In this document: positions 1 to 14,710 of the stretch, in pieces
How the letters are laid out: every line of letters begins with the position of its first letter
Position numbering within the stretch: position 1 is the first letter of the stretch
Assembly (NCBI GenBank): GCA_016748015.1
Contig: JAAOMT010000503.1
Span: forward strand, 732,305 to 796,304
Length of the DNA stretch: 64,000 nucleotides
Reading direction: 5' to 3'
Source of the DNA: Geosiphon pyriformis uo1
Lineage: Eukaryota > Fungi > Glomeromycota
Notes under the pieces: model-generated
The model's database searches: none
Seen by the model: only the letters and a program-made list of their open reading frames with translations
Told to the model about the DNA's origin: nothing
Made by a program: the position numbers and the translations under genes

Positions 1-350
1 ATGAACTTGCACTTTTTTTCTTTGCTCAAATTTTGGCAAACTAAAGATACATTTTGATAAACTACAAGTTATTTTGCTGAACTATTGATTAATTTGGGTG
101 AACTATTCATAATTTTGGCGAATTTCTGTAAATTTTGGCAAATTTTTGAATGTTACAAAGTTCAGGGTATTGTGTAATTTGATCATCCTACTTTCTGTTA
201 TACTAATTAGATTATTTTAATTGAATCGTAATATGTAATAATTGATTAAATAATAAATGATAATTTGAAATGATATTAATATACTAATGAATTATAGGAA
301 TTATACAGGTAATTTCATGCTAATTAATAGCTAAAATTCTACTGGTAACA
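1..350 (-). mobile_element. LTR family B, outer end (rest lies upstream of the window), inserted into the integrase C-terminus of Gypsy A1
   Basis: Reverse complement starts TGTTACCAG and aligns by eye with 42414-42770, including the AAATTTGCCGAAAT-type repeats. Integrase-coding sequence resumes at 351. Confidence 0.85.
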
Positions 351-2239
351 ATGAAAAAGAGCAGCTAATAATATTTAAAAGTCACAAAAGAAACAGAAAG
401 AAAGACATGATAGTCAACTACTAGACAAACCAGTGGAATTCAAGATTGGAGACAAAATACTCTTACATCATACCAAAGCAGAAAAACAATGAAGTGGAAA
501 ATTTGACCCCAAATGGGATGGACTATTTCACATAAAAAAAATTCTAGGAAATAGAGCTTACAAATTAAAACTGAATAACAAAATTTTAACCAAAGCAGCA
601 CATGGAGATTGACTGAAACCATACCACAACATTACACTACCATCTACCAGTAATATTCCACAATTAGGAGTACAGAGAATACTAGTCCAACCAGATAAAA
701 TTCCACGAAATCTGGAACCAATTGTTATTATTAACAACAACATGTTAAATTGATCCATTAAAAGAATATATAAAGACATAGTAGATACAACAGAAAATAT
801 CAGAAAAATGGAAATTACAGACAACATTCACTCACTAGCACAACAACTCTTTCAATTAATCCAACACCAGGAAATGGAGATTACAATCAATCAACAAACC
901 ATTTGATATCAAGATACTAGAAAGACATTTCAACTCAGAACACAGAGGAAAACTGAAAATACTGTGGACAAAATTATGGCAAAAGTAAAATTAGCAATAA
1001 GAGAGTCGACAAAAGAGGCACTATATCAAGAGTTGACTAAAGAAACTTGGAATTGGTGGATACAACAATTTCCAAGAAACTATTGTTATTTTTACTTGGG
1101 ACAACACATAAATATCCAGAATCTATATATGGATAAAACAAAGCAATTATTTGACAAAAGAATACTACAACAATTAGAACATTTTGTGAGAAAGAACAAC
1201 TTATCCACACAGGCCCGAGCCATATACCAAATACACACAGCATTTTAGGATAGATCAGAAATATTACTCAACAAAGCAATGGATATGGTTACCAGTAATC
1301 AATTAGGAAAGATCACCAATACTCAATTTGAAGAATTACAGACCCAAATAACACAAGTAATTCTCAAAAACAAAATCCAGGAAATACTTCAAGAGGGTGA
1401 ATTAAATAAGTTGGATTTTGATGGAGCTCAATATTAAAAGGAGAAAATAATGTTACTCATAGAAATATAGAAAATATATTAGCAGGAGTAGTAACCAATT
1501 AAAAGTAGACATAGTAAATATGGAATTTCAGGATTCCCTGATGAGGAATTGCAGGATTCCAGAATTCCAGGATTCTTCTCAAAGGAATTGCAGGATTCCA
1601 GAAATTTCAGAATTCCTGTCGTGAAGAATCAAGGAATTGAGAAATCTCAATTATGTATATATAGCAGCAGAATTAGAAGCTAAAAAGAGAGACCTCTCAG
1701 TGTAGATTAATCTAAGCAACCTTCCAATTCTCAATTATCAAATAAATAATTATTTTATATCTTAATCCACTCTCAATTATTAACACTTCATGTTGATAGT
1801 AATTGATACTTAACCATACTGGAACAATAGTTTTTGATCATGGCTATTGACGAGATACTAACTTACCAAATTGTCTTGGCTTATCTTTATTATCATTATT
1901 TTCTTTATTTTATTTATTTCTTTCTTTGATTCTGTTGTGTTTACTAATTGATTGGGGATTAAAAGTGCTGAGTTATTGATGTTATGGATAGCTTGGTAAA
2001 AGACCCAGAAATAAGAATAGATTTATATATATTATCAGTTAGCTTACCAAAAGGACACAACTACCAGAATAAATCTGGCCACCAAGCTAAGACTATCAAA
2101 TCTCTGTCTATTATACAAAAGACTCCATCAAAACCTTCAGATACAACACTTTCATAATATCATTGACAGAAATAGCTTTTGAGCACTAAGTTATGGGTTT
2201 GTTATTTGACTTGAGACTCCAAATAATTCAACTATAACA
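351..2239 (+). mobile_element. Gypsy family A copy A1, 3' part: integrase C-terminus, unknown domain (742-1437), PPT, 3' LTR (1451-2239)
   Basis: Closely matches 51310-53239. GPF-type integrase tail, ORF end DGAQY*, purine tract before TGTTACTCATAG, LTR ends ACTATAACA. Confidence 0.9.
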
Positions 2240-4731
2240 ATGCAACAGAAGACTTCAGAAAAATGAAAATTACTGACAACATCCACTCACCGGCACAATA
2301 AATTTTTCAATTGATTCAACAACAGAATATGAAAATTACTATCAATTAACAAATCATTAAATACCAAAATATCAAAAAGATATCCAAATACAAAAGTTAA
2401 AGAAAAACAGAAAACACTATCAACAAAATAATTCTAAAAATAAAATTAGCAATAAAAAAATCAACAATTGTCACCACATATCAAGAGTTAACCAAAGAAA
2501 CTTGGAAATAGTAAATACACAAATTTCCAAGAAACTTTTGTTATTTCCACTTGAAATAACACTTGAATATTCAGAATTTATACATGGATAAAACAAAATG
2601 ATTATTTGACACAATAATATTGCAACAACTAGAACAATTTGTGAGCAAAAACAATCTAACAACACAAGCAAAAGTCATCTATCAATTGCATGCTGGATTC
2701 CAAAACAGATTGGAAATTTTACTCAATCTGAAAATAGATTCCATTACAGTTAACCAAATGGGAAAAATAACCATCACCCAATTTGAAGAATTACAGAACA
2801 AAATAACTCAAGTAATTCTTGAAAAAAAAGTTCAAGAAATACTCAAAAACAGAGAATTAGAGTCAGAAGATTTGGGAAATCTTGATGGAGCTCAATATTA
2901 AAAAAGAGGAAATAATATTACTCATAGAATATAGGAAATATATATTAGCATAAATTAGCCAATCAGAAATAATTATAGTAAATATGGAATTCCAGGATTC
3001 CTCTCAAGAGGAATTGCAAAATTCCAGGAATTTTAGGATTCTCATATAAAGAATTACAGAATTCCAAAATTCCAGAATTTCTCTCAAAAGAAATTGCAGG
3101 ATTCCAAAAATTCCAGGATTCTTGGTGTGAGGAATTGAGGAATCGAAAAATTTCAATTATGTATATATAGCAGTAGTATTAAAAGGAGAAAAAAACAGAA
3201 TCTTTTAATTAGAAATCTCTTAGTTTAGATCTAATCCAAGCAATCTTCTATTCACAATTATTAATAAATAATTATTCATTATTGCAATTCACTTTTCACT
3301 ATTAACACTTTATGTTGATAATAATTGATACTTGACCACATGGAAATAATAGCTCTTGATTATGACTATTGATAGGATACTAACTTGTAATTGCTTTTAC
3401 TCATTTTTTTTTATTCCTTTATTTTTTTTTATTTCTTTTGTTATTTCTTTGGTTTTACTAAATTGATTAAGAATTAAGCACTAAGATACAAATGTTATAG
3501 GAACTGGTAAAAAATCCATGAAACAAGAGTAGAACACTTATAGATTTGAGGATAGTTTACCAGGAGGATTACCAGTCACCATGCTGTTACAGGATGGTTT
3601 TTTTGGTATATTTTAATTGTTGATCTTCCGTTTTAATTGCAATTAGTCTCTCATAAGTTTCTCTATTTTATATGTTGGATATTAATGATAATGTACTGAA
3701 GGTTTTCTCTTGATGTTGTAATATAAGTCTTCTCTTTAATTCTAATTGTCTTTGTATGTTGTGTACTCCTTCCTAAAAGCTAATCTGAAATCTACTTGCT
3801 GTCTGGGGTTTTCTCTGAGGCTATCTTTGCAATTGCCTGATGTGTTTCTCTAATCTAGAAACACAGAATATTAATGGCCTTTTTGCGATTTTTCTAAGTA
3901 TATAATAAAGCTTTTTCAATTTAATTAGTAACCACATAAATAATTTTGATTAAGAATTATTCTTCCAAAGGGTTCAAAGATAGAATGATAGTTTCATTTA
4001 CTAGAGAGTGTATGTGAATTCTATTGTTAATCTCGTAATTGTAATGTTCATTCAATTTATTATTTTTTTTATTAATTCTTTTTGAATAAAATTTTATTTA
4101 GATATTTGTTGCTTTTAGTTGAAGCTTGTTTTATTCTTCATCATTAAAAACTATTGTATATATATATAATTATTGTTTTATAAAATAACATTTTGTAATA
4201 CTCTATTTTTGTTATTTCTAAATAGTGCTTGCTGCTATTATAAAATAGTGCTTGCTGCTTTTGCATAATAGTGCTTGCTGCTATTGCACAATAGTGCTTG
4301 CTGCTATTTGTAAATCATTTCTTTTTTATAATTTGTTGCTGTGCTATTTCATGATTGGCTAATTTATATTATTTATAATTCCTATTAAATTCTTAAACTG
4401 TAATATTATCCCGTCCTTTCAAGATTGAGCTCCATCAAAATTGAAGTTAATTTCTTCATTGAATTCTAAGTTGCTATAGTAGTCCAATACTGTATTATTA
4501 ACTTGTTGTTGTAATTTTTGAAATTTTGAGTTGGTAAGTCGTCCAATACTATTGGTTGTTATTATGTTTATGGTCAAATCCAGTAATACTTTGTGACAAT
4601 TTTCAAATGCTTTGAAAATTCTGTAAACTGCTTTTTAAATTGAATGTACTGTTGGTTTTTTCAATAAAACTTTCTAATTGTTGGATTGTTGCTTTGTCAA
4701 TTACTTTAATTGATGAGTGGATTCATGATTT

Positions 4732-7700
4732 TTACATGTGTCTCATTCTTGACAAACAGTCAGCATTGGCATTTTTGATACCTTCTTTGTATTTGATGAT
4801 ATAATTGTATGGTGCTAATATTTGTGACCATCTGGCATATTTTTCTTTCAGTGCTTTTTTGTTATTTAACCAGACCAGACCTCTATAATCTGTGGTAATA
4901 TCAAAGGATTTGTACTGTAAATATGTGTTAAAGTGAACACAACTCCAGACTACTACTAAGCATTCCAGTTCGTGTGCTGCATAGTTTTGCTCTGCCATAC
5001 TGAGACTTCTATTGACATAAACAATTACATGTTCTCTTCCATTATTATCTTTTTGTGAAAAAATGACTCCAAGTCCAGTTTTAGAGGCATCTGTGGCCAA
5101 AATGAATTTCTTGTTAAAATCCAGATAGATTATTATTGGTGATTCAATGAGCTTTTGCTTAAGGTACTCAAAAGCTTTTTGCTGTATTTTGGTCTATTCA
5201 AATTTTACATTTTTGGATAGTAGATAATTAAGAGGTTTGGTGATGTTTGAAAAGTTTTCTACAAAGCAGCAGTAGTAAGATGCAAGTCCTAAAAAGCTTT
5301 TAACTTCTGAAATGTTTTGAGGTACTGGAAAATTTTTCACTTTGTCTATTTTTGATGGATCTGGTTTTATTCCATCTTTTTTAACTATGTGTCTTAGAAA
5401 TGCTAGCTCATTTTTCCCAAAGAAATATTTTTCTAAATTTAATTTAAGTCCAGCATGTCTCAATCTCTTAAAAACTTGTTGTAAATGTTGGAGATAATCT
5501 GCAAATTTTGGTGAGAAAACATTTGTATTATCCAAATAGACAACAATGGATTGTCACAGGATTCTGGAGTAAATTATGTCCATTAGTCTTTGGAATGTTG
5601 TGAGAGTGTTTATCAATCCAAATGAACTTATAATTGTCATTTTGTGTTGTAAATGCTGTTTTATGTCTGTCTTTTGGGTCTATTTCCACTTGCCAGTATT
5701 CACTGGTCAAGTCAAGTGTAGAAAACCATTTTGCTCTTCTAAAAACATCGAAGATTTTGTCAATTAACGGTATTGGGTATGAGTTTTTGGTTGTTTTGCT
5801 GTTTAGTTTGTAATAGTTGATGCAAAATCTAATTTTTCCGTTTTTTTTCCTTACTAAAACAACTGGTAAGGATCATGGGCTCATTGATAGTTGAATTATT
5901 CTTTTTTTCAACATGCTTTGAACTTTTTCTCTGATAAAATTATGTTCCATTGGTAGAATACATTAAGCACATTTTTTTTTAAGTCTGGCATCTTCAGTGA
6001 AAATTTGGTGTTGAACCAAGTTGGTTCTTCTAAATTTGCCATTTCGTGAAAATATATCAGAATATTTTAAAATTAATGCTTTTAATTGTCACTGTTGGTC
6101 CAGATCTATTGTTTCAATGTTTAATTTGGCCAATTCTTCTGGCGTAAATTGATAGCATTTCAACAGTTGTTGCCAATTTATTGAAGTGAATTCACAGTAA
6201 AGGGCAATTTTTGGGAAATTTAAAATTTCTTGTGGTATTGATGCATTTTCTAGCTCCGTTTCAAGGTATTCTATGATGGTGTTTTCTGGAATGTATATAA
6301 ACTCTTTTGTAGTATTTATGATAGGAATTTTTATCCATTGTGTTTTGTCAGCTGGAATAAAAAGGTTAGTAAGTCCTATGAAAAACTGTTGGCAAGTTTC
6401 TAGGTGAGGCTCAAATATTAGATTTATATCTTTTATTGTCCTTTTTATTTTAATTTCTGATTTTTCATAAGGCGTGAGCATAATTAATTGCTTATTTCTG
6501 ATTAATTCATTTTTCTTCTTTGGCATTTCAATAAAATTTGCTTTAATTCTTTTTCCTGTTAATCTAAAACCATAAATTCCTCTTATTGTTTGTGTCAATT
6601 CCTTTCAATTTTCCACTAGTACAAATTTTCCAACTTTTACTAATGGTAGGAAAATTGCTTGTGTAATCTTCTCCTTAGATTCAATGATATAAGATTTTTC
6701 TGAATTGTTCTGTAGTAAAACCATCAAATTTCCAGTATAGCCGGAGTCAATTACTCCTTCTTGAACATTTATTTCTTTTTTCACAAGGCTTGATTGTGAT
6801 GCTATTTGAACCATTATTTCCAGCAGAATTTCAACTGCTATTTTCAGGTCAATTTTGGTAATGCTCCTGAGTGGTAACGTTGTGGATTGGTCTTTTGGAT
6901 AATATAAATTGAATCCAGCATTGGTTGGATGGGTTTTTTTGGGTATTATTCTTAAGTGCCCGTTGTTAAAGTATTGAATGTCAATCTTTTGTTCTAGATC
7001 AGTATAGGCTATAAATTTTCCTGACTCAGGACTGTCAGATGAGTCTTGTTGATTTATTGATTGATTTTGGTACTGCTGATTCTCAATTTTCATTTTTCTT
7101 GCCAAGTCTCTTTCATATTGACACTCTTTACAGTGCTGACTTTGGCATGGGATAAAACAGTCTTCACAAAGGTAAGTGTTAATCTGGGTGAGATACTGTT
7201 CCTGTTCTTGACAAGTGGAATACAGCTGTTAATAATTTTTCTGGAATTCATTCATTGGGTCAAACATGTTATAGCTGGTAACTTTGTCAGCTATTTCAGC
7301 TGACACTTTTCAAAGTCATATTTCTTTGGCAGTTCCTCCTCTTACTTTGGCTTGTGTAGTGTTGTATAATTTATTCTTGTCATGTAGATAGTGCTGCAGT
7401 CTTCTTAATACTCTGTTGAATGCTGCTTTGAATGGCATTTTTCCTTTTACCCAGTCACAGATAAAAATTGTGTATTGGCAAGTTGCATCACATGTTTTTC
7501 CTTTGCCTGGCATGTTAATCCAGTTACATCCTTTTGGTAATGGTTCTTCACAAGTGAGACACAGTTCTTCATCCCATTTTCTGTGTCTTTCTGGGTAACC
7601 ATATTTTTCTTTGTTACAATGATTACAATAGTAGTGAGTGGGATTTCTTGGATCTTTGTTTGGTGTGCTGCATGCAATTATGGACAAGAGTTTCTTATTG

Positions 7701-10700
7701 CAAACTGAACATTCTAGTTTTGGTCTGCATTGTTGACAGTTTCTTTGTGGACTTGCCTGGTTCTATTTGGATCTTCCTTCACTCCTCCAAGTTGATATGG
7801 CTGGTAGTCCTGTTCTTTGGTCATCAGCCCATGAGAGCTGATAAGTTTTGATGACTGGTAGGATTAGATTTTTTTTAAATTTGAAGGTGGGTCTTTGGTT
7901 GGTGCTGGGTTTTTAGAAGTGGCCACATGTGGCTGGAATTCTGGCATGGTGGCCATTATAGCTGATAAAAAGCTCTTGGATGGTCCAGTCTAATGTGGCA
8001 TTGGCTTTTGTTAGCCAGTCATTTCTTACTAACACTTAATATTATGTAGTATCCATTACTAATACTTTTGTAGGTATTATTATGCCATTAATTTCAAAAG
8101 GAAATGAGTCAATTTTGCCATGAGACAGCTTAGTACTTCCATCAACTGTTATAATTTGGGACATTGTGGCATGATCAACTTTGAAACCCAGTTGGTTTAC
8201 TAGTTGAAGCATCACAATGCTTCTGGTGGATCTACTGTTTAAGATAAGTTTGATTGGCATGTTGTTTACTTTTGCTTCCATGTATATAGCAGTGATTGGG
8301 CATTCTTTGTTCAATGCTGCTCCACTAAACATAGCCTCTTTTTTCTCTAATTCAAAAGGAAAAATAGCTGTGAGGCTGCTATCTTTTGTGACAATGGCTG
8401 GTAGTATTGTTTGGATCAAGTTCTGGTTATTGGTAATATTTTTGGTTCTAGGTATGTTACTATTAATATTTCTGAGATTTAAGTTTTCCGATATATTAAG
8501 GTAAGTTGGCTGAAAATTTGAGTAGTTTGAGTAGTTTGTGTTTGTTTGCTAATTAGGTCCTATACAATTAGGATTTCTAGTAATAATCACATTTTGACTT
8601 AATACTGGCTGGCTTCGAAACTCTGGACACCAGTTTGGATTTGAAATCACTGGTCATTGCTGGTAAGTTCTTTGATTTTGGTATGTAGTGGAGTATTGAT
8701 GTGATATTGGCATGTATTGATTTCTGAGCATTTAGGGTGGCATGTAATAATTATTCTCACATGTTTCATGTATCATTCACATTTGATATTAACTAATTAA
8801 ATGTCCTATGTATTTACAAAAATGACAGGCGCACGTTTCTGTTCTGAAGTCCTGGCATAATAAGTGATTATTTTGGCTGCCGCTGAATTCCTGGTTGTGT
8901 CTTTGTGGTGTTTGATATGTGTTATTTCTTCCTGGGTCTGAGATGAGGTAACTTTTTATTTTCTTAGAGAGTTCCTTCCCTAATTGTGTTACTCTTTTTT
9001 CTAATGTTTCTGTCTTGTTTTTCTCCATTACCATGTTAACCATTTGACTATGATTAGCTTTTTTCTCAGCCGATTCAAGGGCTCTGGCAAGTGTAATGGC
9101 TTCTGGTAATAAATTAGGGTGGGCAGGGCATACTTTTTCTAAAATGCTGCTTTTTAATCCTCTAATAAATTGATTTAAAACCTGAGAATTGGTATAGTAT
9201 CCTTGCTTAATTGCTTCAATTTGACAGCAAATTTAATTGAATCAAGCAAAGTATTGGGTAACAGTTTTACCTGTACTTTGCTTGATAGTATTGAATTCGT
9301 TTAATTGAATTATGGTGTTTGGGTTGCTAAAATACTCCAAGAGTGCATTTTTGAATTTGGCAAAGCTTGTGGGTTTTGTTTTCAAGCTTTGATATCATGA
9401 GTTGGCAGTGCCTTTCAGAAAGAAAAGTAACATTTGGATTACTCTTTGATCATTCCAGTTATTTGCCTGGATGGCTTTTTGTGCTTTTTTGAGCCATGTG
9501 TGCATGTCCATTTCTTCTTTCTCTCTTGAAAAATCTGTTAATTGTGCAATATACAGTGTGGCCATTTCATTGTTGTTTCCTGCTGGTGGGTTTATTGGTC
9601 TAAGAGAAGATGGAATGATATTTTCTTGAGTGTTCCTAAAAGTGGCTTCACTTATATCCAGTTTTTCTTCTTAATCATGAGTTTCTTGGTTTTTGGACTG
9701 GCTGCTTGTTTTTTCACTGGTTTCTTCAGATTCCAATTCAGATTTTTCTTCATGGTTTTCAAACCCACTCCGAATTTTGGTTGAAAAAAAGGTTTTTGGA
9801 ATAGCAATGAATATCTTTTTGTGATTGGTATATTTTCCCAATTGCATTGTTTGAGCTTCTCAGTGTAATTAGAAGTTCTCGGTATTTGTGGGGTTAATGT
9901 GAATGATGATGCAGCTCCTAATGAGAGTTGGATTTTATTATCTGGGAAAAAATGGTAAGATCTTTTTTCTGTCAAATGAAGGCATTGTTTCTTTACTGAT
10001 TGCACAATGTTTTTCTTGGGCATTTGGGCAGTGTTACTCATAGAAATATAGGGAATATATATTAGCATAGTTATTAGCTAATCAGAAATAGATGTAGTAA
10101 AATGTGGAATTCCAGGATTTCTCTCAGGAATTGCAGGATTCCAGGAATTACAGGATTCTCACAAGGAATCGCAGGATTCCAGAATTCCAGGATTCCTCTC
10201 AAAGAAATTGCAGAATTCCAGGAATTCCAGAATTCCTGTTGTGAAAAATTGAGGAATTGAGGAATCTTAATTATGTATATATAGCAGTAGGATTAGAAGC
10301 TGAAAAGACAGACCTCTCAGTTTAGATTTAATCTAAGCAACTCTCCAAATCACAATTATCTAATAAATAACTATTTGTTATCTCAAATCTATTTCCACTA
10401 TCAACACTTTATGTTGATAGTAATTGATACTTAACCATACTGAAACAATAGCTCTTGATCATGGCTATTGACAGAATACTAACTTGCAAATCATCTTGGC
10501 TTATTTCTTTTTTTTCTTTATTTTCTTTTCTTTTCTTTATTTTCTTGCTTTGATTTTATTGTTGTTTACTAATTCTATTGAGGATTAATGCATGGGGCAC
10601 TAACATCAGGATAAACGTGACTGGTAAAAAACCCAGAAATAAGGATAGAACACTCAATTGAGGATAGCTTACCAGAAGGAATACTGGCCATCAAGCTAAG

Positions 10701-11290
10701 AAAGAAACTGACGAAACTGCAGTTTCAGGAAGCTATGGATAAAACTATTACCATTGAATCTCTGTTCATTATACAAAGAACTCAACTAAACCCTTCAAAT
10801 ACAAAACCTTCAGATACCAAATCTTCAAATCATCGACAATGAAAATAGCTTTGAGCACCAAGTTATGGGTTTGTTATTTAATCCAACACCAGAAATTGTC
10901 ACCTGTAATAGTGGGTGTTCCTAATTTTTGCTGATTTTCTTGATTAGTTTCTAAATTTTTTTTGGCTTTGTTGGTGCATTCCTTAATGTTTTCTGTGGAT
11001 ATTGGAAAATTTTTATTGGCATATTGCTCAATTTTGCAATAAATGTTGACAATAATCATGGCTATTACTACTTTCTTTGTAATGTATTGTAATAATTCTC
11101 TATACAATCTAAGTTTCGTGTTGTGTAGTTCTTTTTTTCCTATGTGGTAATTTATTCTGGCATTGATATAATAAGTGAGAGCAGATTCTGCTGGACAACA
11201 CCCTTCTGGTAATCCAAGATCACTTTGATTTTGTGTGTAAATAGCATGGCAGAATTCAAGAACAGTAAGGGTAAGGATTTTTGTTACCAC
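4732..11290 (-). pseudogene. Degenerate Gag-Pol polyprotein of element C, interrupted by a solo LTR-A
   Basis: ORF-track fragments 10874-11290, 8789-9043, 8042-8419, 7316-7687, 6605-7105, 6089-6598, 5194-5710 and 4732-5100 fall in canonical domain order, with many stops. Confidence 0.88.
10032..10910 (+). mobile_element. Solo LTR of family A inside the gag region of element C
   Basis: TGTTACTCATAG...ACCTGTAATA with no PBS or PPT. Flanks GCAG and GTGG fit a decayed GCGG TSD. Confidence 0.92.
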
Positions 11291-13048
11291 TTTTGTTTCT
11301 TTTTTTTTAGCAATAAATTATTGCTAATTATTATTTTTTTTTTGATTTTCTTTCTTCATAAGGTTCACCAAATGTTATGGAGGTGTTTTCTTGGTATATT
11401 TTAATTGTTGATTTCTCGTTTTAATTACAATCAGTTTTTCGTGAGTTTTTTTATTTTATGTGTTGAATATTAATGATGATGTACTGAAAATTTTCTCTTG
11501 ATGTTGTGATGTAAATCTTCTCTTTAATTCTAATTGTCTTTGTATATTGTGTATTCTTTCCCAGAGACTAATCTAAAATTTACCTGCTGTCTGGGGTCTT
11601 CTCTGAAGCTATTCTTGCAATTGCCTGATGTGTTTCTCTAATCTAGAAACATGGAATGTTAATAGTCTTTTTGCGATTTCTCTAAGTATATAATAAAGCT
11701 TTTTCAATTTAATTAGTAACCATGTGAATAATTTTGATCAGGAATTATTCTTCCAAAGAGTTCAGAGATGGAATGATAGTTTCATTCACTAGAGAGGGTA
11801 TGTAAATTCTATTATTAATCTTGTAATTATGATATTCATTCAATTTATTATTTTTTTTATTAATTCTTTTTGAATAAAATTTTATTTATATATTTGTTGC
11901 TTTTAGTTGAAGCTTGTTCTATTCTTTATCATTAAAAACTATTGTATATATATATAATTATTTTACAAAATAACATCTTGTAATACTCTATTTTTATTAT
12001 TTCTAAATAGTGTTTGCTGCTATTGTGAAATAGTGCTTGCTGCTTTTGCATAATAGTGCTTGCTATTATTGTAAAATAGTGCTTGCTGCTATTGTAAAAT
12101 AGTGCTTGCTGTTATTTGTAAATTATTTTTTTTTTATAACTTGTTGCTGTGCTATTTTATAATTAGCTAATTTATATTATTTATAATTCCTATTAAATTC
12201 TTGAACTGTAACAATGCTGAGAAAGAAATTTGATGAAACTGCAGTTTCAGAAAGCTATGGATAAAACCATCAATTAAATCTCTGTCCATTATACAAAGGA
12301 CTCAACCAAAACCTTTAAATAAAAACAAAGTACCAATATTACTAACATCATCCACCAGATTAATTATTGAGCACCAAGTTACGAATTTGTTATTTGATTT
12401 GAAACCCCAAATAATTACTTGTAACAATGTCAACAAGAGAATCACAAATTTTCTAGAAAGACCAATTGACATTGAATTAGCAAGAGAAAATTTTTATACA
12501 AAGTTAATCTAACATACCAGCTTATCATAGAATTACAGTTTTGCACCAATTATTAAAGAAATTAATTAAAAAATTGAAAAATACACTCAACAACAATTTC
12601 TTATTACCTATGCAAATAAGGATAAAAAAAAATTACAAACACCAGCAGTAATACCAAGAAAAATACAATTACCAACATAGAAGAAACAAAAAATTGAATT
12701 CCCACTATATCCATCATATCATCACACATCCAGTAGTATTATTAACATCTCAACAGATGCATCCACATCAAACACAACATCAACATTTGGACAACTTCCA
12801 TTTCAAAGTAAACAAAAGAAAGTAGAATTATTAGGAATTTATAGCAATTACTTTGAAGGATTTAAATTGTGATCCCCAATGCTATCAGAATTCCAATCAC
12901 TACCACCTCAACCAGATTTTAGAACTGCAAGTTCCTGAGAGATAACAGTGTTACCTGAGTAGAAAAACCAAAAAGCTATGAAAAAACGTGACTAAGAAAT
13001 GTAACAAAAAAAACGTGGTACAACTCGAGGTAACACAGAACAAATATG

Positions 13049-13170
13049 AGCAATAGTTAGCAATAACAAATAATAACTAGCAATAATGAGCAATAGCTAG
13101 CAATAATAAGCAATAGCTAGTAATAATAAGCAATAGCTAGCAATAATAAGCAATAGCTAGCAATAATAAA
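13049..13170 (+). repeat. 20-bp tandem repeats (GCAATAGCTAGCAATAATAA) in U3 of LTR-D; also at ~15440-15580
   Basis: Directly visible upstream of the TATA-like TGTATAAAAG. Confidence 0.85.
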
Positions 13171-14049
13171 ACAATTAAAAGCAATCCTGTAAAACCAAAA
13201 TAATGTATAAAAGCAAATAGCTGTAGAAGTTAAAATGACATCCAGAGAGAAAATTAGACTTTTAGGAGTCAATTAGACTCTCAGAGTTAATTAGACTCAT
13301 AGGTCATAATTATTAAATACTTCTTTTTTCAAGGATAGTTGCTATCAACCAAAATAAAATTATATTAATAAAATATCTCTTCAATTCTTCAAATCCATGT
13401 TATTATCTATTACTTAACCTGCTGGCACAATAGCTCTTGATCATGACTATTGACAGAACACTTATTTCTTATTTTATTTTTTTTATTTTTTTATTTTTTT
13501 TTTATTTTTTTTTATTTTTTTTATTTTTTTCTTGTGGAGCAGCAACATAAGAAAATCAATTATCTGAAAATAGACTTCATAATAGCCTGGTAAAAAAAGG
13601 AAGCTCTCCTTAGGTTTTTAAATATTAACATTATCTTGATAGCTTACCAGAAGAGCAAAAAGACAATGCTGGATCCTAATGACTGCACTTGTTAATTCAG
13701 AAAAGAAAGCTTACCATTATAAGAAGTTGCAATCAGCAAAAACCAAAACTCTGTGCCTTATAACCAAAGAACTCAATGAGTAAATTCACAACCAGTAATT
13801 AAGACTTTCAGAGACTGATAATCAAGACTAAGCCAACAAAATTATGCAAAAGATATATTATCAATCATTGAAAGCACCAAACATTACCATTTTCATCTCC
13901 CACCAAGTTTATCTATAACATTTGGTGCTCCCTGTGAGGTTATAAATCCATAGAGACCGAGCCTCTCAGAAATTCACAAAAGTGAAAAACCAAGAAAAAA
14001 CAAAGGAAAAATTACTTAGGATTCACAAAATCTTTATTTTAGCATTTTC

Positions 14050-14710
14050 TTTGAAAAACTCATTAAATTAAAACTCTAATTATTTAAAACCCAATCATTA
14101 AAACTCCAAACATTTGAAACTTACCTTTGATAAACTCATAAAATTTGTTAAATTAAAACTCCAATTATTCAAGATTTGATTATTCAAAAACTTGTTAAAA
14201 TTAAAAACTCAAAAAATTATTCAAAACCTGATGATTCCAACCCCACTATCATATAAAGAACTTACTTTTGATAAACTTGTTAAATTAAAAACTCCAAAAA
14301 TTATTCGAAACCCAATAATTCTAACTCCACTATCGTATAAAGAACTTATCTTTGATAAACTTGTTAAATTAAAAACTCCAAAAATTATTTGAAACCCAAT
14401 AATTCCAACTCCACTATTGTATAAAAAAACTTATTTTTGATAAAATTTGTTAAAACTTCAATTCTTTAAAACCCGATAGTTTAAAATTTGAATATTTGAA
14501 ACCTGATAAATTCCAACTCCACTAGTGTAGAAAAAAACTTATCTTTAGTAAAACTTGTTAAAGTTAAAACTCCAATTATTCAAGACTCGATTATTTAAAA
14601 CCCGAACATTCAAAACCCAATAAGTCTAACTCTGCTATTGTATAAAGAAACTTATCTCAGATAAAACCTGTTAAATCTCTAGAAATTCAAAACTCCAATT
14701 ATTTAAAGAC
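14050..14710 (+). repeat. Degenerate tandem array with an ~84-bp core unit inside element D
   Basis: ORF 14192-14392 repeats the 28-aa unit LVKLKTPKIIRNPIILTPLSYKELIFDK. Flanking units are more diverged. Confidence 0.85.

Larger units (their letters stand above)
3585..12213 (-). mobile_element. Gypsy family C element (gag-PR-Cys-rich-dUTPase-RT-RNase H; integrase deleted), LTRs 11373-12213 and 3585-4405, TSD ATGC
   Basis: Direct-repeat LTRs with TG...CA-type ends. ATGC at 3581-3584 and 12214-12217. Minus strand carries a PBS (TGGTGAACCTTATGAAG, 11354-11370) and PPT (GAAAGGACGGGATAA, 4406-4420). ORF fragments: CCHC knuckle (CHFCKYIGH), protease, dUTPase (AGFNL...GVIDSGYTG), RT (YLDNT), RNase H (TDAS...NADCLSR). 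Confidence 0.92.
2240..12426 (+). mobile_element. Gypsy family A copy A2, 3' end: unknown-domain remnant (2240-2901) and 3' LTR (2916-12426) split by element C
   Basis: ORF 2620-2901 ends GNLDGAQY*. The LTR breaks at CACCATGC (3584), resumes ATGCTGAGAAAG at 12214 and ends CTTGTAACA at 12426. Confidence 0.88.

Noticed and set aside
10708-10730. CTGACGAAACTGCAGTTTCAG as a hammerhead ribozyme core
   Set aside because: No GAAA after the putative stem II, and the motif is absent from the A4 LTRs. It is only a local palindrome.
14050-14710. CRISPR-like array
   Set aside because: Units are contiguous degenerate tandem repeats without unique spacers, in a eukaryotic TE with no cas genes.
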